This document shows positions 26,984 to 38,477 of a DNA stretch of 64,000 nucleotides, piece by piece. A program made the translations under genes and the position numbers. Source of the DNA: Amoebidium appalachense (lineage: Eukaryota; Protista; Ichthyosporea). The notes beneath the pieces are model-generated. The model had not been told where the DNA came from. It saw only the letters and a list, made by a program, of their open reading frames with translations, and made no database searches. The stretch lies in NCBI GenBank assembly GCA_963693365.1, contig CAVNZM010000002.1:3798259-3862258 (forward strand). Direction: 5' to 3'. The first letter of the stretch is position 1, and each line of letters starts with the position of its first letter.

Positions 26984-27906
26984 GTCACGCACACACACAC
27001 ACTCATGTACACACACACGGCACACACACACACGCACGCATGGAGTAAGAGCGTGCAGACGATAAGACGCACTCGTTTACACACAAGTTTCATACATACA
27101 CACACACGGACACCAGCACACAAACACACGTACACACACACACACCCGCACCCACCACAAACACACAGACACACACGTGCGCACAATTTACTTTCACACT
27201 TGTTGGAATCAAAGACAGCTACAGGCACGCACTCCCGTTTAGAGTTGCACCTCTACATGCAAGGGGCCATGGTTTGATTGGCCTCAAATCCACCTGTTTC
27301 ACACCGTGCTGGCTTTTAGCACACACACGTAACCGTCTAGGCAAGCACACCCTTACAGGCAGACGCACGTGCACTTGTTTTCACACGTGCTTGCAGGGCC
27401 ACATTCGCATGCCACACGATTTTGCAGGCTAGCATCTGACCACAAAGTCGTGCAGGTATACACACACGGCGTATAAGGGCACACAAAGACATACACCATG
27501 CCTTGCGGGCTATACAGGAAAACACACAAGCACACGAACACACCCACACACACAGACACACCCACCCACACACACACACACACACAACACACACACAGAC
27601 GAGAGCACACACGAACACCGATGCATACACCTGCTGGAAAGCTGGCATGCATACACCCACACGTGTTAGCCCAGACACCCTCAGGGCCTTTGCTTGACAT
27701 TTTGCTTCCTTCCTAAATCTATGCCCATAGAGAGTCCCCCCTCCCTGCCCCCCCAACACACCAACCTTACACATGAATACTTGCACCACACACCGCGCGC
27801 GCGCGCACATACACACACATACACCGCGTGCACACACACACAGACGTGACATCCCGAAACGGTTGGTTAGCCCAGCTCAGCGGGGACCCCCTGCTCCCCC
27901 CAGGTG

Positions 27907-27938
<32 letters not shown>

Positions 27939-28379
27939 CTACCCCTCCCCCCTCGGCTGTTTATGTAATGCCTTCCCCCCTCAACCCTTTCCCTCTTTCT
28001 CTCCAGTCCTCTCTCCACCCCCCCCCCCCCCCCCCCCCCCCCCACCCACCCACCCACCCACCCACCCACCCACCGGGACCTCGGCCCATGCATCCATAAG
28101 GTAATAGTTCTCATATCCCTTCTCCTTCTTTTCACTCTAACCCACATATGCCCTCGCCTCTCCCTTCCTTCCCTCCCCCCCCCCCCCCCCCCCCCTTTTC
28201 CCTCTCCCGTTTCCCCCGTTGCTTTCACACACACACCCGAACACCCATACTTGCCATGGCGTTGTACATTTATACCCATAGGCACCCACTCATCTAACCA
28301 CCGGCCCCCCCCTCCCCCCCCCCCCCCCCCACCCACCCATTCTCACTCCCCCACACTCCCTTCCACACAGCACACACGA

Positions 28380-28456
<77 letters not shown>

Positions 28457-29530
28457 AACACACGGACAAGCGACACAAAAACACTCACCCATACACTCTG
28501 CAGGCACAGCAAGAATGCTGTCGACATCACGGTCAACATGCCAGCTTGCACAGCTGCCCTGAGGTCCCCCCGATCGAGGTTCCCCCGACCTGAGGTCCCC
28601 CCCCCCCCCCCCCCCTTTTCTTGTCACCGTCCGTGCCATTTCCTGGCATCTCAATTCTATATTCTCCTCTTCTTTCTCCCAACTCTTTGCCCTTCATGCA
28701 TTGCAAAGTTAACCACCTTGTTCCCTTGTGCTTTTTTTTTCTCCTCCCTCCATTCCATGTCTTCCCCCTCCCCCCCTTCCCCCCCCCCCCCCCCCCCCCC
28801 CCCTCTCCTCCACCTCCCTCTGTCCCTTTCCTCCCTCGAATTCCACCGTTTTGGATCATGTTGTGAAGATTGACTGTTTTTCCAGGCTTTTGCTTTTCTC
28901 CCATGGCTTCGATTTGATGAAGTACACACAAAATTAGACCTGCAGGCATACACACACACACCGGCCATACTCTTGCTTGTCACACCTACGGCCTTGCATA
29001 TTATCGATGCTTACATGTGTACACCCCACACCTTCCTGCTCACTCACCCACCCTCGCAAACACACAACGCACGCACAATACACGTACACCGTTGCACTTC
29101 CGCACACAAACACAAGATCCGGACGACACACCTACACACACACACACACATACACACACACACGGGCACGCATGCACACACGCACACACATACACAAGCA
29201 CACGGGCACACACACGCACACTACACACACACGTGTGTGTGTTCGCGCGCCTGTTTGAAGAAGGATGTTTCCTGTCTGCATGTGTTCCCTTTGTTGTTTT
29301 ACTTGCGGGAGAGAGGGAGGTAAGTTTGATCGTTTTCTTTGATTGACTTCTGCTGTGCTTGCCTTGCTTCGTTCTGTGTTGTGTTGTGCACAAGGTTTGG
29401 CAGAACTGATTGAGTGCACATGTGTACGTAGGTTCATCGGTATACCGCCACTCTTAACACACTATCACACACACACAAGACGGACAACACACCACCACAA
29501 ACCTACACACCTACACACACACACACGCAC

Positions 29531-29624
<94 letters not shown>

Positions 29625-30134
29625 AACACACACACACACACACACATGTGGGTGCATGCATGCGCCCCTGACAGTCATTTGACACACGTGTTTTGTCTGC
29701 ATGTGTTGCGTTTATTGTTTTACATGCAGGACAGTGTGAACGTTAACGTTGTTTTGAACGCTGTATTCGCGGCTTGCCTTGCTTCGTTCTCTGTGTTACG
29801 TTGTGCACACGTGCGTTTGCAAGATGGCTGATTCCACGTGTGTGTGTGGTTGTGCTTGTGCGTGATTAAGCCCACAAGGTGGACACACCAAACAGTTATT
29901 AAAGTCCTTGCTTTCACATGCTTATCTAACCTGGGACTCCCCACAGGCACCGCCAGCAAACCCTGCAGACTGACAACCCATACGAGCAGTACTCAAGTTT
30001 GTTTGTAGCACACGATAAGTTTCGTCGGTGTATATTTTGTATATTGTGTAGAAGTTCAAAAGATTCAGGCTGGTCCAGATCATCAGCATGTACTGTAAGG
30101 TGAAACATCAGGAAGTGAGGATTAGAGCGGCTAG

Positions 30135-30224
30135 AATAAAACGTGAATAATGATATATACCAGCTGCGCTGGAGTAACCTACAATAAACGTATTTACCGT
30201 CCACGTGGTTCCGAAGGCCGCCCT

Positions 30225-30263
<39 letters not shown>

Positions 30264-30650
30264 CACGGCCAGCAGGCCGGGCCAGCTGCAGTGCGCACGT
30301 GCGCTTGCCTGGTGCGATCGTGCCCGTGGTATGTGCTACGTCATAGAGAGTCAAATTCCAATGACTCATCTCAAGGAATGTGAGGTCTTTTGAGCTGCGA
30401 AAATCTGCCGATAGGCTGCCTGCCGCTTTTTCCTATATCTTCCGATAACCTGAGATCGTCGCGAGCCACCGCGGCGGCAACCGCAAGATAATCCCCGATA
30501 AAAATCGAAACCAGCCAATCACGAATTTTGCCTACTAACCATGGGGTAATCGCGGATCGGCTTTCGGGCCAGAATCTGCAGATTATCGGGGCTAAATGAG
30601 CCCAAAACCGCTACGATTATCTGCAGATTAGGGGGGTAGGATTCCGCAGA
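30135..30650. repeat. Second copy of the 23105-23590 repeat
   Basis: Shared blocks aaacgtgaataatgatatatacc..., ggtatgtgctacgtcata..., gcgagccaccgcggcggca and ccagccaatcacgaatt. Confidence 0.8.
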
Positions 30651-31199
30651 GTGCAAAAAACCGTTTTTACGAAAGGTAGCCCTACGGTCTTTCGACCCAC
30701 AATGCACCTGTCAGGGATCCGATTCCGGCCCTGACCAATCTCAGCTTGACGCGCCATCAGCTCGCACTCAGATCAGTTGCCGCCAATAATCCATGTTCAC
30801 GAAGCTTCGAAAAATGATCCGACCATAATTCTATGAGGTGCCTAACATTGACAGCTCAGCCGCAGTCAATAAAAAAGTTGTAAAAAGAAAGAACTTCTGC
30901 GACTATCTTAACATACTATTTGTCAAAAAAAACAACAAACAATACTTCCACAAAGAGGAAACCTCCTACTCGTGTTCAAAGATATCCACACTCGAGTTTG
31001 ACTGTTATGCACTACTGAAAAAAAAAAAGCTCGCTCCAGACAGCTTTCTTCTGAGTACATACCCTGCTCTGCACCGCGCTGCGTCACAAAGTGATCGACG
31101 ATATCGTGTTCACCTTTTTTATACCTCTCCACTAGCCGCTAAGACAAATACCGTGATTCCTACCCAACCGTTTCATTCAAAAGGCCTACCCAATGGTAT

Positions 31200-31597
31200 C
31201 GCCCGGTTGTGCAAGCTACAGGTGTAATTAACGCTCATTAGCTGACTTTCACAACCGGGCCCTCCGACTGGTTCACTGTCACGGCTCACGAGGCCACTTC
31301 TGCAACTTGCACTACGCAAAGAATCTGACTGGTCCCCTGCTAACGACGTCATTCAAGTTAGCGCAATTTTCACAACCGCGCAACCCGATTCGCCACATAA
31401 ATCTCCCCAGACCACGTGTTCCGTATCGTGCTCTACCTAGCGCCCGCCGCCGCCTGACCGCCCTACGTAAGGCTTACGTAAGGCCCTGCGCAGGCCTCCC
31501 CCCAAACCTCTCTATCGTGGTCTGGCCCCCCCCGACCCCACCGCCTTACCGTAACCCCCGGCCCGCGCCAGCCAACCAAACGGCCCGGTTGTGAAAG
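31200..31597. mobile_element. DNA transposon/MITE remnants with a 16-bp inverted repeat GGCCCGGTTGTGAAAG
   Basis: Perfect inverted pair 31246-31261 and 31582-31597; degenerate third copy 31201-31215. Resembles PIF/Harbinger-type termini (from memory); no TSD resolved. Confidence 0.45.
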
Positions 31598-31952
31598 AAG
31601 GCCGAGGGGCCCCCTACGTATAGGGGTTTACACACTTTTTATTGCGTGGACATTGCCGGAGGCCCAGCCACATTCGACGGCCTACTGCGTTTTCCAGCAC
31701 AGCCAATCAAATGCAGCCAGTGACATATGTACATGCTAGGCAACAATGAGCGCCATCGTAGTATCTGACACCCCTATTACATATTATGGGTAAGCAGATG
31801 CTATGACCCCGCAATGGGCGGATGTGGGCAGATAAGTAGGCTTGAAAGCGTATGACGCCATCGTCATCATTGGCTCCCGAAAGTTTTTGCAACTCCTTGT
31901 AACGCTGCTTGATTGGATTGTTCAATTTTAGGAATGTTTAGCCGATTTAATA

Positions 31953-32372
31953 TTAGTGATTTGTATCCAATCCATTGCCAGCCATTAAATATCCCAGGAT
32001 TCCAGGGGGTGACATGTCACCGCTCGCGCGGCGGCAGCGCATGCGCACCGCGGGCCGGGAAAAAAAAAAAAAAAAAAAAGGTCTACTACTTATAAACCTA
32101 TCAAACACGATCTGGTTGTATGTGGCCTGGAGCTGGCCTCGTTTCCTTTGTGCTTCAACAAGTCTGCTTCCCGTTTCTTCTGCTCGGCTGCTTGTTCTTT
32201 TTTTTTCCTTTGCCTGTTTTTTTTGTTCTTCTTTTTCTTGCCGAATCTTCTCTCTCTGTGCCTTCTTTCTTTCCTTCTCCTCCTTATCCCGTTGTATCTC
32301 TTCCTTGCTTCGCCGTGGTTTCCTTGGTTTCTTTGCGGGATTGGTCTGTTTTGGTTTACTTGTTTTGGCCAT
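31953..32372 (-). CDS. Orphan Lys/Glu/Arg-rich coiled-coil ORF (MAKTSKPKQ...), possibly a first exon or fragment
   Basis: Open frame with NLS-like basic stretches; not microsatellite-derived; 3' part runs into a T tract. Confidence 0.4.
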   Translation of the reverse strand: MAKTSKPKQTNPAKKPRKPRRSKEEIQRDKEEKERKKAQREKIRQEKEEQKKQAKEKKRTSSRAEETGSRLVEAQRKRGQLQATYNQIVFDRFISSRPFFFFFFSRPAVRMRCRRASGDMSPPGILGYLMAGNGLDTNH

Positions 32373-32642
32373 AGCTAAGACTATCCCAAACTTTATAACT
32401 GGCAAACTCCTATAGCCTAAGCTTCGTTTGTTTTAGCGCAAGAGACAAGTTAACAACGAGCCTACATATACAGGAAACTGCAGTCAACGAGATGCGGTCG
32501 ACATTTTTGTTTCGAACTGTGCATAAATATGATTGGCAGCCTTTTTACCCTGTTGCCGCCCGGGATGCTGCATCAGCCAATCACATCGCGGCATTTACAT
32601 GTCACTAACTAATGTGTTCTGCCACATCCGCCCATTGTGGGG

Positions 32643-33259
32643 TCATAGCATCGGTAGCTCCGAAAGAAAGTTAAGGCACCGGATCACAATATCATACTGT
32701 GCAGCATTAATAAGGTGATCTAGGATAGTCATCTTAAAACGGATATATTGAGGAAGAGAGGAAGAAAAGAGAATAAAACCGCCAATAACCTCCGGTTCTA
32801 ATACATTAGCTAACAGGTTGCATTTATTGATAGATATGCAGCCGCGAGTAAACCGCCCCCCACACATATTACTATACGAGCAGGAGACACCAGAAACCGA
32901 TTACACCGCCAAGCCATAATCATCTTTGCGTTTTTACACCACACCACATTACGAATAAACGAATCTATGTATGAACGAGACTCTCTAACCGTATCCGCCA
33001 TATAGGCTACTAGCAGTTGGTGTTTTTGCGGTCCTAACACCGGAAGGGACTCAACACGTAGAGTAAAAAGATATCTATCAGCCATAGACTTGAAACTATT
33101 CATATTCACACTATGATCTAGCCGTACCTCCGGGGGGGTCGTATATGCACAAAGCTTAGCAACATTTTTATTACAAAAACTCAATAAACGTGCGAGGACA
33201 GTTCTGGTTGATAAAGATAATGAATGCAGTGCACCATTCATTTCTTTACGCAAAGACAT
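32643..33259 (-). pseudogene. Orphan intronless ORF, probably frameshifted near 32860
   Basis: 149-aa ORF overlapping a 74-aa ORF; TATAAAAG ~15 nt upstream of the ATG; no recognisable domain. Confidence 0.3.
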
Positions 33260-34487
33260 AGAAGCAACTCGGCTTTATAGATGCCTGTCGACAGTACTAT
33301 GTCAGAGGTACCGTACACTAGCCCTAGTCATACATTCCTGCAACTCATTCCTGCATCGCATAGACCAAAAACAAAGCGTGGTGCGTGTCCTATAGGCTAT
33401 CGCCAGGGCTATTGCAAATAATCAAGGGGGCCCTACTGAAACGGAATGAAACATTAAAGAAAAATTAAAACATGGAGAACAAGAAGCTGTATGTTAAAGC
33501 TACTAAGTAAAAGGAGTCTATATTCACGTCGCATACATGTAACTCTTCCGATATGTCGATATGATTTTAGATCTGACAGATCTACAAGGTATGTGAGCAT
33601 GAATACATTGCATTCCATTGAAAAGTTTTCTGAAACGCCAAGGTGCCAACACTGCGTGCCCGCCACAGTGTCACCCTATAGCTAATCAAAATCATTTCCG
33701 TTTCTGTTTTTGGTGCGTGTATGATACTAGTAGGCGTGCCTGGCTGTATATACTGTTCTTATTATTATACATACAGCAAAAACGGGTAGTTACACAGTTG
33801 ACTTATAATAAACATACGGATATCGATCTGGCTCTTTCTTCAGCATTTCAGGCAAGTTGAACATGGCATGTGCCTATCCGAGTCCGCGTGAATGTACTAG
33901 TATATGCATCATGATCGGCGCATACTGTGTGATCAGGCACCTTACTAATAGTTACGGTCACGATGTCTACGCACCAAATTTGCATCAGAAATAAATCCTG
34001 AGTCATGTGCCATGGTGCGGCCAGTAGGATTGCGTGTTGGCACTCAGTTTTGCGTTATCAGAATGTGGTCTCAAAGAGTTAAACGTACGTACGAACTCCA
34101 ACAATCGGATGTATAAGAGCGATATCTGGTCAAAGCTGTTTTAAATCAAGGTCTACTACAAAACGACGTGCACCAAACTTCCGGGAAGTAAATCACGAGC
34201 ATAATAATCGTCACAACCCTGTTACAACACCGTGGCCACCGTGAGGCACTGCACGCGTACACACACTCAATTATCAACCGTTGAGTCACATGCATGCACA
34301 CTCATACACTCGCTCGACTGAGTTCATGTGCGTGGCATTTTTAAATTTTAGTGAAAAGCTTACAGTTGCTTCTTTGGACGGTGACTTAGTAAGTTAGCTG
34401 AGCTGAAGGCTATCTGCAGCAGAGTAGTCTTACCGCACCGTCAGTCTTCCTCCTGACTGAAGCTTTTGGATAAAATCCAAACTGAAA

Positions 34488-34814
34488 ATGGGAGACCACA
34501 CTAGGGTTGAGCTCCCACCACGGACCAACTTCCTCTTTGGCCGCCTGTTCCAAACGTACACAAACAGCACCCACGCATCCACCAGCGCAAACGACGTGTC
34601 TCACAAAGGATCGAAGGCTAGCGACGTTATAAATTTGAGCGAACAACTGGGCCGCCAGCGCAAGTTCATTTTGTGGACGGGTGGAATTTTGGCTGTCACA
34701 TCAACAGTTTTTCTCGTTCTTTTCCACGTGTTTTACTATGATTATTTCCTGGCGCTGCGGACTACGGTGACCTGGGGATTCCCACGCTCAGGTTTTATTT
34801 GTGGAATTTATTGA
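34488..34814 (+). CDS. Orphan 108-aa single-pass membrane ORF
   Basis: ATG start; hydrophobic FILWTGGILAVTSTVFLVLFHVF preceded by RQRK. Confidence 0.3.
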   Translation: MGDHTRVELPPRTNFLFGRLFQTYTNSTHASTSANDVSHKGSKASDVINLSEQLGRQRKFILWTGGILAVTSTVFLVLFHVFYYDYFLALRTTVTWGFPRSGFICGIY

Positions 34815-34936
34815 CATAAATATTTTTTCTGGGTAAACGCGTAGGATGGGTGTTCGGTACCAACATAACCATGTAGGCTTCATTTCATGTTTTAGCAGTT
34901 CGCGGTTGGCTAGCGCTGCCCGCACACGGGCACCTA

Positions 34937-35060
34937 TTAGCCAATCAAAACATCAGATTCCACATATCACTAGACCGAGTTTTGATTGGCTCGGATCAGA
35001 TTTCACATATCACTAGATCCATTTTGATTGGCTCAGATCGGTAGGCTTAGGTATATAAGC
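34937..35060 (+). promoter_or_regulatory. Pol II promoter-like block: three CCAAT/ATTGG boxes in a short tandem duplication plus TATATAA
   Basis: atcagatt(c/t)cacatatcactaga...ttttgattggctc present twice; TATA at 35052-35058. Confidence 0.45.
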
Positions 35061-35652
35061 ACGACAGTTTTTAGCAGATCAGCAAGCTACAAACACATCT
35101 TCTGTGTTTAGCACCCACACCCGGAGTAGTTTTTCATAGAAGGACACAAAACTGAACAAGTGAGTGAACGCCTACGCAAACTTCGCGGTCGGCGTGATTA
35201 CGTTCGTCGTGTCCCTTTTCACCATCACCTACTACACAATCAACGTGTTTAAAACCGGGAAAATAACGAAAACCGAGTGTCTCCCCCGGAGTCTTTGTAA
35301 ACAACTGTACACATGAACTGTACATGTTTACTAAAGAATGTGATCTATGTCGAACAGGATAGCCATCCGGTATGCCCTGCGTTAGCGTAGCACTAGTGAT
35401 CGGGAATATTCGAGATATTCGGGATAAACTGGTGGATAGGTTCACGATAGATCAGGATAGATCTAGAAGAGTCTAGAAGATTCTGTTGGAGTGTTCTGAT
35501 TGGTAGCGACTAGATCCATAGCGGCGGTTAGACCAATCGGGAATAGTATGTAACATTCCAGTGAGCCAGACCACAAGTATATAAAGGTCCCGGTGGGCCA
35601 GTCAATGTAAGTCAGCAAATAATAAAGTCTCACAGAGAAACCTCTAAGTTAC

Positions 35653-35666
35653 GGTTATGGGCCCAG
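35653..35666 (+). promoter_or_regulatory. Half-tRNAiMet primer binding site GGTTATGGGCCCAG
   Basis: Matches the anticodon-arm PBS of Drosophila copia (Hemivirus-type priming); abuts the 5' LTR. Confidence 0.9.
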
Positions 35667-35700
35667 TGCAACGCTACGATCAAGCGACTGTTGAGACAAG

Positions 35701-38370
35701 ATGGGAAGAGCAAAATGTCCAGTTCCCATGTATGAAGGAGAAGGCAAGGGCAAAATCTCCTACTCAATGTGGGCCATGCGCATGAAGTGCTTCCTCGAGG
35801 GCGAGGAATTATGGTACACGATTGAAGACGTGGCTCCTGAAGTGATAGGAGAGGACGGCGAACTGGTGGAGCAACCTCCGGTGGAGATCGACCCCTTGGA
35901 CCAGAAGAAGGCGACTTCCTACCTGGTGGAGACACTAGGTGATGTACCTGCAAGCCTGTGTCGGCGAGCTATTGCCGTAGGAAATCCCAAGGACATATGG
36001 GATACGGCAGCATCATACGCTGCGCGCAACACAGATGAGCACAAGAGAATGTTGATTCAACAGTTCTGGCGTGCTGATATGATGCCGACGGAAAGCGTGC
36101 TGGAGTATGCGGCCCGTCTGGAGTGCATTGTGCAGGATCTTCTTCATATCGACCCCAATGGAGTTAGTGAGGACATGGTTGCCGAGAAATTCCTGGACGG
36201 TGTAGGCGCTGACGACCGATTCCGCACCGACGTTAGGACCATTCAAGCTTTACCAGCAGCTGGGAAGACAATGGAAAAGATAATCGCCAAGCTGCGTGGT
36301 TTTGAGGAGAACGAGGCTGCAAGGGAGCAGCAGCGGGTGATGATGACCAGCACCCAAGGGCGCGGCGGTACGCCACGACAGGACACCGGCAAGCCGCGCG
36401 TGACTGACATATCCAAGGTGGAGTGTTACAAATGTCACAAGTTTGGGCACTACAAGTCACAGTGTCCAAAGAAGAAGAAGGGCGGCAATCGCGGCGACAA
36501 GGCGAAGCAGAACGGAGCTTCCAAGGAGATACTCGCCATGGCGGTAAACAGCGGACTCCCTTCTTCAACTGAGTGGTATTGGGACTGCGGCGCAACCTCC
36601 CATGTCACATGCCGAAAGGACTGGATGGAAGACTTCCGCTCGATCACACCCAAACCCGTCGCTCTGGGTAACACCCCGGGTGTGATGGCGCTAGGAATAG
36701 GCGTCGTAAGATTAACAAGTGAGTTCCAGGGCAACAGCATGACATTTAGACTGCAGAATGTGCTGTACGTGCCAGCATTTGGAACTAACGTGATGTCGGC
36801 TTCAAGCGCCGGCAAGCACGGGTTAAGAGGCATCACCGACGGTCGACAGTGTACGATTGAGAGTGCCACAGATGGCCAAGTTGTGGCCCGTGGGGTAGTG
36901 GAGGGAGGCCTGTATCGTCTCCTAGTGAAACCCGTATGTGAGAGCGTGAACATGGTGACCACTGCAGTCGGCAGCAGTGGGGGTAACACCGTGTGTGAGC
37001 CGGTAAAGGGCAGCGCCAGTTTATGGCACCGGCGGTTTGGTCATGTGGCAATAAACACGCTACAGAAGATGGTTAAAGAAAACATCGTCGAGGGTCTGTG
37101 CATCGACTGCAAACCCCAGGATGACGGTGTGTGCGAGGGATGCGCGAGAGGGAAGCAAGCCCGGCTCTCTTTCAGTAAGCTACCCCGCAAGACAGCGCCA
37201 GCGAAGCTCGACAGAGTTCATTCTGATGTGGCAGGACCGTTCAACAAGGAGTCGCTGCAAGGTTCCAAGTATTATGTCACCTTCATCGACGACAAGACAA
37301 GGTTCACTACGGTGTACTTCATGAAACATAAATCCCAAGTGCATACTTACTTCAAGAAGTACAAGGCACACGTAGAGAAGCAACACGGTGCCAGCATCAA
37401 GATTCTGCGTTCCGACAACGGGGGTGAGTACACCTCCACTGAGTTCAAGTCGTTCCTGGAAGCATGCGGCATTGAACATGAGGCGACAGTCCCTTACACA
37501 CCAGAGCAGAATGGTGTAGCAGAGACGGCTAACAGGACCATTGTCGAGACGGCGCGCTGCATGCTGCAGTCAGCAGGCATGAGTATGGGGTTCTGGCAGC
37601 TGGCAGTACAGGCAGCTGTGTACATCAAGAACCTGACGCCAACCACAGTACTGGGTGGCATGACACCTTGGGAGGCATGGTATGGAGAGAAGCCCGATGT
37701 TAGCCATCTACGTGTATTTGGTAGCAAGGCATTTGTCCATGTGCCGAAGGACGAGCGCAGGAAGCTAGACGCCAAGAGTCGGGAGTGTAAATTCGTCGGC
37801 TACACAGGTGACAGCAAGACGTACTTGTTGTGGGACACCGAGGCGCGCAAGACTATCGTCGGGCGAGATGTGGTGATCGATGAATCATGCACCCCAAAGG
37901 CCGGTATTCCGGTGGTGCAAGATGAGCCAATGGAATTGCTGATGCATAAGCCAATCGGAAATCAGCAGAGCATGGAATCGAGGAATCCAATCAGCGTCAA
38001 GAAGCAACATTCCTTTCGGAAGCCTGCAATCGGCACTGACAGTGGATATGATTCAGATGCTATCGGCGACGGCGCGGGCGAGGACAGCGGCGATTCGGAC
38101 GCGGCAGGGTCAGGAGACAAGGAAGATAGTGCAGAGTTGCAGGTTGCAACCAGAAGTGCCTATCCGTCCATGACTACAAGGCGCGGTGGGACCTACGGCA
38201 TCAACGCAGGTGTAGTAGAGTACCGCGACAGTATCAGCATGGCAATTGAGAGTGCTGATAGCAATGAGGATGACCCTGTGACACTGGAAGAAGCAATCTC
38301 CAGGCCAGCATCAAACACATCGACGTTCAGTACCACTACACCCGTGTGTGTGTGGAGAATGGGGATGTAG
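35701..38370 (+). CDS. Copia Gag-protease-integrase polyprotein, truncated before RT
   Basis: Knuckle CYKCHKFGHYKSQC; protease WYWDCGATSH; LWHRRFGH...CEGC; integrase HSDVAGP/RSDNGGEY/EQNGVAE; SH3-like KLDAKS; ends after DPVTLEEA. Confidence 0.95.
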   Translation: MGRAKCPVPMYEGEGKGKISYSMWAMRMKCFLEGEELWYTIEDVAPEVIGEDGELVEQPPVEIDPLDQKKATSYLVETLGDVPASLCRRAIAVGNPKDIWDTAASYAARNTDEHKRMLIQQFWRADMMPTESVLEYAARLECIVQDLLHIDPNGVSEDMVAEKFLDGVGADDRFRTDVRTIQALPAAGKTMEKIIAKLRGFEENEAAREQQRVMMTSTQGRGGTPRQDTGKPRVTDISKVECYKCHKFGHYKSQCPKKKKGGNRGDKAKQNGASKEILAMAVNSGLPSSTEWYWDCGATSHVTCRKDWMEDFRSITPKPVALGNTPGVMALGIGVVRLTSEFQGNSMTFRLQNVLYVPAFGTNVMSASSAGKHGLRGITDGRQCTIESATDGQVVARGVVEGGLYRLLVKPVCESVNMVTTAVGSSGGNTVCEPVKGSASLWHRRFGHVAINTLQKMVKENIVEGLCIDCKPQDDGVCEGCARGKQARLSFSKLPRKTAPAKLDRVHSDVAGPFNKESLQGSKYYVTFIDDKTRFTTVYFMKHKSQVHTYFKKYKAHVEKQHGASIKILRSDNGGEYTSTEFKSFLEACGIEHEATVPYTPEQNGVAETANRTIVETARCMLQSAGMSMGFWQLAVQAAVYIKNLTPTTVLGGMTPWEAWYGEKPDVSHLRVFGSKAFVHVPKDERRKLDAKSRECKFVGYTGDSKTYLLWDTEARKTIVGRDVVIDESCTPKAGIPVVQDEPMELLMHKPIGNQQSMESRNPISVKKQHSFRKPAIGTDSGYDSDAIGDGAGEDSGDSDAAGSGDKEDSAELQVATRSAYPSMTTRRGGTYGINAGVVEYRDSISMAIESADSNEDDPVTLEEAISRPASNTSTFSTTTPVCVWRMGM

Positions 38371-38477
38371 AACTTGTGTATTGCAGCACGAACAGTAACG
38401 TGGCCGACATGTGCACCAAAGCTTTAGGGAGACTTAAGTTAGTGCAGCATCGGCAGGCCATCGGCATGGCTGAGTAA
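38310..38477 (+). pseudogene. Copia RNase H C-terminal remnant, out of frame
   Basis: IKHIDVQYHYTR...NVADMCTKAL...GMAE-stop. Confidence 0.9.

Noticed and set aside
26800-30130. Exon-like islands between microsatellites (e.g. 27844-27903, 28504-28563, 29947-30094)
   Set aside because: Strand and frame are ambiguous and no product is recognisable; not called as a gene.
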